Assembly: GCA_051954315.1 (NCBI GenBank) | Contig: JBQCHW010000070.1 | Location: 1-41,558, forward strand | Origin: Solirubrobacterales bacterium | GTDB lineage: Bacteria > Actinomycetota > Thermoleophilia > Solirubrobacterales > 70-9 | Reading direction: 5' to 3' | Length of the DNA: 41,558 bases | Shown: piece after piece, positions 34,898 to 41,558 of the stretch | Layout of the letters: each line of letters opens with the position of its first letter | Position numbering within the stretch: position 1 is the first letter of the stretch | Program-made: the position numbers and the translations under genes | The notes under the pieces: generated by a model | The model's database searches: none | The model's input: the letters and a program-made list of their open reading frames with translations, nothing else | What the model was told of the DNA's origin: nothing

Positions 34898-35842
34898 CTA
34901 GCGAGCCCCCACATCGGCCGGTGCGGCCCAGAGCACCTCGTGCAGCCGCTTCAAGCAGTCGTCGACAAAGTCGAGGTCGCCGCCGACCCGCATCCGCCCG
35001 CGGTCGCCGTCGAGGAGCGCCGCGAACCAGGTGTCGACGGTGCCGATCGCCCAGGCGTCTTCGGACGGTTTGGCCTTGACGCAGCGGACCGTGCCGCCGG
35101 CGCTTACGTGCACAGTCAGGGTGTCCGAGCCGCGCTCACCGTCGAATCCGGTTGTGCCGACGATCCCGAGTTTGATGCTCCGCTCTTGGTGTTCGGGAAG
35201 TTGCAGCAGGGGAAGGGAGGCTCGCAGCGCGGTCGTCATCTCGCCGACCGTCAGGCCCCCTTCCTCTTCGCCTTCGACGTGCTGCTGCCGCCAGCGGCCG
35301 AGCCCCGCCATCAGCGCCATCGCGTGCCGGGTCTGGTCGCTCATCTGGTAGCGCTTGCGATGCCCTTTGCCAGGGGTCTCATAAAGGAGGCTCCAGGAGA
35401 GCAGCTGGTGGGTGCGGCGGCTGACCTGGTGGAAGGTCATCTCCGCGGTCGCCTCAGCGAGGTCGGTGGCGGAGCGCCCGCCCTGGCCGAGCTCCTCGAT
35501 CCACCCGTATGTCCACATCTCGCCGAGTAGGCCGCAGACTGTCCACAACCCTTCGCCGCTACCGGGGCCGGTGACCCAAGGAAGCGAAGCTTTCGAGTAG
35601 GAGTCGATCAGGTGGTAGAGGTCCCGCCCGGCCGGGCTGAGGCAGTGGATCACGGTCGAGGGAACGCCGGCGACCTCTTCGCGGTCGACGAGCCCCAGTT
35701 CCGCCAGCTTGCGCGCATGCCGGTAGACAGTGCGCGGCGCATAAGTCGGAACCTTTTCGGTCAGCTTCTTGGTGCGCAGAGACCGAGGGCCGAGGGCCAT
35801 CAGGATCGGCCCATTAGCCCCGTTTCCGAGCAGCTTCAACAT
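34898..35842 (-). CDS. Winged-helix (HxlR/ArsR-like) transcriptional regulator with an SCP2-like C-terminal domain
   Basis: Two wHTH-like segments (TKKLTEKVPTYAPRTVYRHARKLAELGLVDRE; MTFHQVSRRTHQLLSWSLL). 15 nt upstream of lipA. No alternative start exists in the open upstream frame. Confidence 0.6.
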   Translation of the reverse strand: MLKLLGNGANGPILMALGPRSLRTKKLTEKVPTYAPRTVYRHARKLAELGLVDREEVAGVPSTVIHCLSPAGRDLYHLIDSYSKASLPWVTGPGSGEGLWTVCGLLGEMWTYGWIEELGQGGRSATDLAEATAEMTFHQVSRRTHQLLSWSLLYETPGKGHRKRYQMSDQTRHAMALMAGLGRWRQQHVEGEEEGGLTVGEMTTALRASLPLLQLPEHQERSIKLGIVGTTGFDGERGSDTLTVHVSAGGTVRCVKAKPSEDAWAIGTVDTWFAALLDGDRGRMRVGGDLDFVDDCLKRLHEVLWAAPADVGAR

Positions 35843-36194
35843 GTCGGCGACGGAGGTCTCCTCGCCGTAAAGCTTTTTCGACTCCGCTTCGATGGGCTGG
35901 CCGCCTCTCCCCGAATAGTCCGCCGTCCCTGACTGGGTACGCGACGATATCCAGCGTAGCTCGCCCTGTCACTGAGTGCCAACTGCTAACGAGCGACTTT
36001 TGTCACTCGCTGACCCTCTAGGTGATACACCCATTTGCAGGGGAAAGACAAGAACCGTCCTATCCGCTGCATCGCCCGACGACGAGGTAAACGTCCGCTG
36101 GTCTGCTCACACACCCTTGATCGCTCGCGAATCGCTGGTAGAAGCTCCAATCGAAACATCCCGTCCATTCGGGCGGAAAGCAAAGAGCCCTCGA

Positions 36195-36274
36195 GACGCG
36201 CGTCTTGCAGGCAAGCGCCCCGAGAGCTCGATCAACGCCCAGCCAAGCTGGGCATCAAGGAAAGGAAGTATCTC
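36195..36274 (+). promoter_or_regulatory. Conserved 5' leader of P4 with hairpin 36237-36253
   Basis: Aligns with the P3 leader. Hairpin gcccagc-caa-gctgggc differs from the P3 hairpin by two compensatory base-pair changes. Confidence 0.55.
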
Positions 36275-36973
36275 ATGAGCAAGAAGCTCATCACGGCCTG
36301 TATGGCTCTGTTCGCGCTTGCGGCGTTTGTGTTGCCGGCGTCAGCCTCTGCAGTCGAACTCACACATCCGACAAGCACGCGGCTCGCTACCAACGTGAAG
36401 ATCGATGCGACAAGCATCGGGATCCAGAAGTTGACAGACCCCTCGGGCAACCCGCTGGTTGAATGCACGTCTGCGACAATGACAGGAACGCTGACCAAGA
36501 ACAACGGCAGCGAAGTGGAAGGCAGCATCGAAAGCACCACCTTCAGCGGAACTGGCACGAACGGCGAGTGCACATCGGTCATCGGAGGACTCACCGTCGA
36601 CACGAACCTCGGCAACGGTACGCCTTGGTGCCTCCGCGCGACCCCGACGATGAACGCAGATGAATTCCAAGTTCGTGGAAACTCCTGCGCCAACGCATCG
36701 CGGCCGATCACATTTGTCCTAACAAGCACAACGATCGGTACCTGCAAGTACTCGCGGAGCGAACCGATCAGGGGGACATACACCACAGATACAAACCCCA
36801 ATCCGCAGGATGCAATCCTGAGCCTCTCTGGAAGTGGTGAAACAGGCACGACCGACACCAATTTCACGAAGGAGGAAGGATCCTTCCTTTGCCCCGGCAG
36901 CGGAACGCTGGACATGGAATTCACACTGGAGACAGACACCACGCCGACCGCGTCACCTCTGTATATCTCGTAG
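36275..36973 (+). CDS. Small secreted Cys-containing Thr/Gly-rich protein, family member P4
   Basis: ATG 36275 follows aaggaaaggaag; the longer listed ORF from 36035 is not supported. Signal peptide ends ASASA. Six Cys. Confidence 0.85.
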   Translation: MSKKLITACMALFALAAFVLPASASAVELTHPTSTRLATNVKIDATSIGIQKLTDPSGNPLVECTSATMTGTLTKNNGSEVEGSIESTTFSGTGTNGECTSVIGGLTVDTNLGNGTPWCLRATPTMNADEFQVRGNSCANASRPITFVLTSTTIGTCKYSRSEPIRGTYTTDTNPNPQDAILSLSGSGETGTTDTNFTKEEGSFLCPGSGTLDMEFTLETDTTPTASPLYIS

Positions 36974-36992
36974 GAGCACTCTCGACGCTATT

Positions 36993-37030
36993 GGTTGGGC
37001 CGCCGGTGTGGGCTGCCCAACCTTTATTTT
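36993..37030 (+). terminator. Intrinsic terminator after P4
   Basis: 12-bp stem with one mismatch (ggttgggccgcc / ggctgcccaacc), loop ggtgtg, then tttatttt. Confidence 0.65.
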
Positions 37031-37182
37031 GAGGAGTCCGGAGCCGCCGGGTGACACAAGTCACTCGGCGCACTCCTGGCGTACCTTGACACCGATGACC
37101 AGAGCCTCCTACGTTTCGGCTGAACTGGAGAGGGCTAGCAACTACTCCGGCAGGGAACTTCATCAGAAGAAGGGGTATAGGA

Positions 37183-40100
37183 GTGACCATAAAAAAGCTC
37201 TTGGCAACTAGCGCGCTTCTGTTTGCAGCAAGCCTTGCTCCTCCACTCCCCCCGTCCCCGGCGGCCGCAGCTGGTTGCCCAAACGAAGCCCTTCGGGTGG
37301 GACCCTCAGCCACCCTACCCGGCTGCCGAGCCTACGAGCTGGTCAGTCCCCCTAACAGCGATGGGCGGATGCTGGAGGCAATCTCACAATTTACGTTTGG
37401 TCGCCCATACGATCTGTTCCCTACCGAACTTGCATCTCCGGTTAAGGACAGCTTTATCTACGAGACGTTCGCCGGAGCCTTGGCATCTCCCGCAGGCGGG
37501 AGTGGGGCATTCGACGTCTACCGGGCGGAACGCCAGTTGAGCGGATGGAACACGATCGACCACCTCAGCCGTCCTTCGGTGAACTTGGTCTGGCCGTTTC
37601 CAGGCGGAGCCTCCGCCGACCATACCTACTCCTTCCAGGACGAAGGGAATGCAAGTTATCTGCGAGATTCCCAGGGTTCCTATGAGTTGACGGGCATAGG
37701 ACAGCTAGGAGCTGAACCAGCTGCGCAGGGAAGGTACATAAGCGACGGCGGTGGCCACGTGCTTTTCTCTACTGGCGACAAAGTAGGGCAGAGCGAATGG
37801 TGCAGTGGCTGTCCGGTGCTACAACTCCAGCCCAATGCTCCTCCGACCGGGACCGGCGCCGTGTACGACCGCGATGCCGATGGGGAAACCCACGTCATTT
37901 CTTTGCTGCCCACCGACGAACCTCCAGCTGCAAATGAAGAGGCTTTCTACAAGGGTGCCTCAAAAGACGGCAGATCAGTGGCCTTCATGATCGAAGGAGT
38001 CTTGTATGTGCGCCTCAACAGGTCGAAAACGCTTGAAGTGGCAGCTGGGAGCCCCAAATTTGCTGGCATATCCGCGAATGGGAGATTTCTCTTCTACGTT
38101 GCCGGCGGCATCATCCATCGCCTTGATACCCAGGTTCCCGCCGATACTGAGATAAACCCGAGCGGCGAAGCAGAAGTCGTCAACATTTCGGATGACGGTT
38201 CGCACGTCTACTTCATCTCTGAGCAGCAGTTGGCTGGCGGTGAAGGCACTGCCGGACAACCAAACATGTACGTCTGGACCAGCAATGGCCTCAACTTTAT
38301 ATCCACGGTGGTGCCTAGCGACTTATCTCGCACCTCCGGAGATCTAGCCAATATTCCCTCATTGACGGCTTGGACTCACCGGGTGTTCGAGGCTCCATCT
38401 GGTGCTGAAGCAGGACCCGGTGCCGAGTCGTCACGCACCACCCCAAATGGCGTTGTGCTCGTTTTCGAGTCTAGGGGACAGCTGACCTCATACGATAACA
38501 ATGGTCATACCGAGATTTACCGGTATGACGAAGCAGAAAGCCCGCACCTTAGGTGTGTGTCCTGCAATCCCCATGGCGACGCTTCCGGCGATGCCCACTT
38601 CCAAGATTTGGAGCGAGTAGGCCCTCCATTCGTTCTCAACAATGTTAGTAGCGACGGCACCAAGGTGTTCTTCGAATCTCCTGAAGCCCTAGTCGCGGGA
38701 GATACCAATGCGGGTAACGACATTTATGAGTGGGAACAGGTCGGGTCCTCATCGGCACTAGATCTGATCTCCTCGGGAAAGCAGTCAGATTATCCCCTTC
38801 CTGAAGGGTGGCTTTCTCCCTTCACCCCTAAGGGGAACCTCCTTCTGTCGGTCACTCCGAGTGGAAATGACGTCTTTTTCACGGCGAAGGAGGCGCTGGT
38901 CCCGGGTGCCGGCGAGGCGGGCACCCAGGCAATCTACGACGCCAGGGTCGACGGTGGCTTCCCGGTGCCCCCCGTTAAGGCTCAGTGCTCCGAGGATGGG
39001 TGTAGGCCTGTCGGATCCGGCGCGACCTCCTCCCCCAGTTCGACGCAGTCCGAACGCCCTTCCGGCGGCGGCAACATCAAGCCGCGGAAGCGTCGCTGTG
39101 GCCGCGGGACGAAGAAGGCGACGCGCCGCAACTGCTTGAAGCATCGTCGCCATTGTCGCAAGCATCGCCACTGCTCCAAGGACGCTAAGCAGGCTCGGGC
39201 CCGAAGCTCGGCTGCAGTGGCTTCCCCGTCCCCGCCGAATCAGGAGCCTCCGACGCAGGGAAGCGCGTTCGGGGCCACCTCCGAGAAGGTCTCGAGTAGC
39301 GCGCAGACGACGAGTCAGCCCTCGGCTGTCGAATCCGAAGAATTCGGCATTGAAGCGTTCGAGGTCGGGTTAACTAACTCGAACGCTGGCACTCCAGGGG
39401 ATTTCACTACCACCTTTGTCCTCAACCATTTTGTAGATGGCGCAGGCCGCCAGGAAGCCAACGCCAGCGTGGAAAACCTCTCCCTAAACCTGCCTCCGGG
39501 CCTGTTGGGAAATCCTGCGGCGGTGCCCCGCTGCCGCATGGGCGACTTCGTCTCCTTCGGAAATTGCTCGCTCGACGCTCAGGTGGGAGTCACCACCGTA
39601 CGGGTGGGAAACCCTCTCTACACCAGTGCGACCGAGCCCGTCTACAACCTGACCCCGCCTCATCCAGGTCAGGAAGTCGCCCGGCTTGGATTCATCGCCG
39701 ACCTCTTCCCCGTCTTCATCGACGTCAAGGTTCGGACCGCGGAGGATTACGGAGTCACCGCCACTGTGCATAATGCGCCTGGACTTGGAGCGGTGATTCG
39801 CTCAAAAACCACCCTTTGGGGTGATCCGGCTAGCTCTCTCCACAACGAACAGCGCCTCAGCCCCTACGAGGCGGCCTGCACTGGTAACCCCGAATGCACG
39901 CCCCCTCCTGGCGGTCACGCGAGCGGGATCCCCGACGCTGATCAAAAGGCCTTCATGACCACCCCCTCGGCCTGCCAGTCAGGTGAAGTGAGCTTGGAAG
40001 CAACGGCCTACCAGCTCCCCGGCCAGACCTTCACCGCCTCCGCCCCCCTAGCCCCCATAACCGACTGCACCGGCCTCCCCTTCGCCCCCACCTTCAGCGC

Positions 40101-41558
40101 CGACCCCACCAGCCACGAGGCAGGCGCCCCCACCGGCCTGAAGACGGTCCTGAAGCTCCCCCAGCACCTGGGCCCCGACGAACGCGCCACCGCCACCATG
40201 CGCGAAGCGAGGGTCACCCTCCCCGAGGGCATGCAGGTAGCGGCAGGTGCCGCCAACTGGATCGGCACCTGCTCTGAGCAGGAAGTCGGCTACCACGAAG
40301 AAGTCGACACCGCTTGCCCCGACAACTCAAAGCTCGGCACCGCCACCATCAAGTCCCCCGCCCTCTCGACCCCGATCGAAGGCACGATCTACCAGCGAAG
40401 CCCCGAACCGGGCCGCCAGCTCGGCCTCTGGCTCACCGCCGACGCCCTCGGCCTCCACGTAAAGCTCCCCGGCTCCCTCGAGCCCGACAAGCAAACCGGC
40501 CGCCTCACCGCGGTCTTCTCAGGCCTCCCCCAGGTCCCGGTCGAAGAGATCGACCTGAACGTCTGGGGTGGGCCCAGAGCACCGCTGCAGAACCCCGACC
40601 GCTGCGGCACCTACACCACCGACTTCTCCTTCAGCCCCCATTCCAACGACCCGGCCGCGACCGGCCAGAGCCAGATGCAGATCACCGAAGGCTGCAACCA
40701 GGGCTTCGACCCGAGCCTCCACGCCGGCGTCACCAACCCGGTAGCCGGCAAGTTCAGCCCCTTCGTCTTCGACCTCACCCGCCCCGACGGCAACCAGGCG
40801 CTCAGGGGCTTCGAGCTGAAGCTCCCCGACGGCGAGCTCGCGAAGTTGAAGGGCGTCCCCCTCTGCTCGGATGCCGACGCCAACGCCGGCACCTGCCCTG
40901 CGGGCTCGCGGATCGGAAGCCTGCAGGCAACCACCGGCCCCGGCCCCGACCCGCTGACGATCCCGCAAGCCGGCAAGCCCCAGCCCCAGGTCTACCTCTC
41001 AGGCCCCTACAAGGGCTCCCCCTTCTCGATCGTCACCGAGGTCCCCGCCCAGGCCGGCCCCTTCGACCTCGGCACCCTCGCGGTCAGAAGCGGCCTGGAC
41101 GTCGAACCGGAAACCGGCAGGGCGGTGGTCAAGGCCGACCCCCTGCCCCAGTTCTTCGAAGGCGTCGGCATCGCCTACCGCCACCTCCACGCGGTCGTCG
41201 ACCGGCCCGAATTCAGCTTGAACCCGACCGACTGCCGGGAAATGGCGGTCACCTCCGACGTCACCTCCACCCAGGGCACCGTCGCCCACCCGCAGGCCCG
41301 CTTCCAGGTCGACGGCTGCAAGGCGCTGAAGTTCAAGCCCAGGCTCTCCTTGAAGCTGCGAGGCGGGACCAAGCGGGCCGCCTACCCGGCGCTGACCGCG
41401 GTCCTGAAGGCAAGGAAGGGCGATGCCAACATCGGCTTCGCCTCGGTCGCCCTGCCGCATTCGGAGTTCCTCGCCCAGGAACACATCGGCACGATCTGCA
41501 CCCGCAAACAGTTCGCCGCCGATGCCTGCCCGAAGAAGTCCGTCTACGGCAAGGCCAA
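37183..41558 (+). CDS. Large secreted multidomain protein, paralogue B (3' end outside the window; absent from the ORF track because no stop is reached)
   Basis: GTG 37183 follows gaagaagggg. Hand translation from 37183 to about 39400 met no stop, and the rest is supported by collinearity with paralogue A rather than codon-by-codon translation. Signal peptide VTIKKLLATSALLFAASLAPPLPPSPAAAAG. PD40-like repeats, a basic Cys-rich linker (39073-39200) and the same repeat modules as paralogue A. Confidence 0.85.
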   Translation, partial: MTIKKLLATSALLFAASLAPPLPPSPAAAAGCPNEALRVGPSATLPGCRAYELVSPPNSDGRMLEAISQFTFGRPYDLFPTELASPVKDSFIYETFAGALASPAGGSGAFDVYRAERQLSGWNTIDHLSRPSVNLVWPFPGGASADHTYSFQDEGNASYLRDSQGSYELTGIGQLGAEPAAQGRYISDGGGHVLFSTGDKVGQSEWCSGCPVLQLQPNAPPTGTGAVYDRDADGETHVISLLPTDEPPAANEEAFYKGASKDGRSVAFMIEGVLYVRLNRSKTLEVAAGSPKFAGISANGRFLFYVAGGIIHRLDTQVPADTEINPSGEAEVVNISDDGSHVYFISEQQLAGGEGTAGQPNMYVWTSNGLNFISTVVPSDLSRTSGDLANIPSLTAWTHRVFEAPSGAEAGPGAESSRTTPNGVVLVFESRGQLTSYDNNGHTEIYRYDEAESPHLRCVSCNPHGDASGDAHFQDLERVGPPFVLNNVSSDGTKVFFESPEALVAGDTNAGNDIYEWEQVGSSSALDLISSGKQSDYPLPEGWLSPFTPKGNLLLSVTPSGNDVFFTAKEALVPGAGEAGTQAIYDARVDGGFPVPPVKAQCSEDGCRPVGSGATSSPSSTQSERPSGGGNIKPRKRRCGRGTKKATRRNCLKHRRHCRKHRHCSKDAKQARARSSAAVASPSPPNQEPPTQGSAFGATSEKVSSSAQTTSQPSAVESEEFGIEAFEVGLTNSNAGTPGDFTTTFVLNHFVDGAGRQEANASVENLSLNLPPGLLGNPAAVPRCRMGDFVSFGNCSLDAQVGVTTVRVGNPLYTSATEPVYNLTPPHPGQEVARLGFIADLFPVFIDVKVRTAEDYGVTATVHNAPGLGAVIRSKTTLWGDPASSLHNEQRLSPYEAACTGNPECTPPPGGHASGIPDADQKAFMTTPSACQSGEVSLEATAYQLPGQTFTASAPLAPITDCTGLPFAPTFSADPTSHEAGAPTGLKTVLKLPQHLGPDERATATMREARVTLPEGMQVAAGAANWIGTCSEQEVGYHEEVDTACPDNSKLGTATIKSPALSTPIEGTIYQRSPEPGRQLGLWLTADALGLHVKLPGSLEPDKQTGRLTAVFSGLPQVPVEEIDLNVWGGPRAPLQNPDRCGTYTTDFSFSPHSNDPAATGQSQMQITEGCNQGFDPSLHAGVTNPVAGKFSPFVFDLTRPDGNQALRGFELKLPDGELAKLKGVPLCSDADANAGTCPAGSRIGSLQATTGPGPDPLTIPQAGKPQPQVYLSGPYKGSPFSIVTEVPAQAGPFDLGTLAVRSGLDVEPETGRAVVKADPLPQFFEGVGIAYRHLHAVVDRPEFSLNPTDCREMAVTSDVTSTQGTVAHPQARFQVDGCKALKFKPRLSLKLRGGTKRAAYPALTAVLKARKGDANIGFASVALPHSEFLAQEHIGTICTRKQFAADACPKKSVYGKA
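40008..41558 (+). repeat. Direct repeat copy 2 (3' part of paralogue B)
   Basis: See 1546-3096. Same offset at both ends. GC rises abruptly at ~40008 relative to 37183-40000. Confidence 0.9.

Noticed and set aside
36035-36274. The N-terminal extension of the P4 ORF (listed from 36035) and ORF 35976-36278.
   Set aside because: The extension is basic low-complexity sequence with no SD. ATG 36275 has a good SD and is directly followed by a canonical signal peptide. The upstream region is conserved with the P3 leader at the nucleotide level, not the protein level.
37150-37182. Similarity of the sequence before giant paralogue B (catcagaagaagggg) to the P3/P4 leader end (catcaagaaaggaag).
   Set aside because: It covers only the purine-rich SD region and has no hairpin or upstream conservation. 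It probably reflects generic ribosome-binding sequence.
1-41558. Scan for CRISPR arrays, rRNA genes, integrases/transposases/IS ends, phage structural genes, a Ku gene and toxin-antitoxin pairs.
   Set aside because: None found by reading both strands. No regularly spaced short repeats. No recombinase motifs in any ORF of plausible composition.

Overview
High-GC (roughly 70% by eye), densely coding, actinobacterial-type chromosomal window; the taxon cannot be fixed from sequence alone. Housekeeping blocks: LigD; YihY plus three small membrane or hypothetical genes; a PP2C phosphatase; a 2-hydroxyacid dehydrogenase with MmsA; molybdenum-cofactor genes (moaD-moaE fusion, moaC, moaB, moeA); NERD; Nudix; an ECF sigma factor with YciI; a CGNR regulator; an acyl-CoA ligase; lipA with a winged-helix regulator; and two tRNA-Ala genes. 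Visibly lower-GC accessory pieces sit between these blocks. (1) A ~4.7 kb integrase-less islet lies on the 3' side of tRNA-Ala(CGC) and carries an operon of a small HTH protein, a DNA methyltransferase and an 873-aa GHKL (MORC/MutL-type) ATPase fused to a PD-(D/E)xK nuclease-like module. This is the best candidate for an uncharacterised restriction-modification-like defence system. (2) An 863-aa Rad50-like AAA_13 (RloC/PrrC-type) ATPase has a CxxC hook in a ~500-aa coiled-coil insert. (3) Four paralogous small secreted Cys-containing proteins are dispersed through the window; two share a conserved 5' leader whose hairpin shows compensatory base changes. (4) Two very large secreted paralogues bracket the whole window. 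Their last ~1.55 kb form an ungapped, near-identical direct repeat 38,462 bp apart, with a sharp identity and GC breakpoint. (5) A perfect 22-bp-stem, AT-richer palindrome is inserted in frame in moeA. No CRISPR array, rRNA, integrase, transposase or phage structural gene was seen. Identity estimates and family assignments come from reading the sequence and recalled motifs, not from computed searches.
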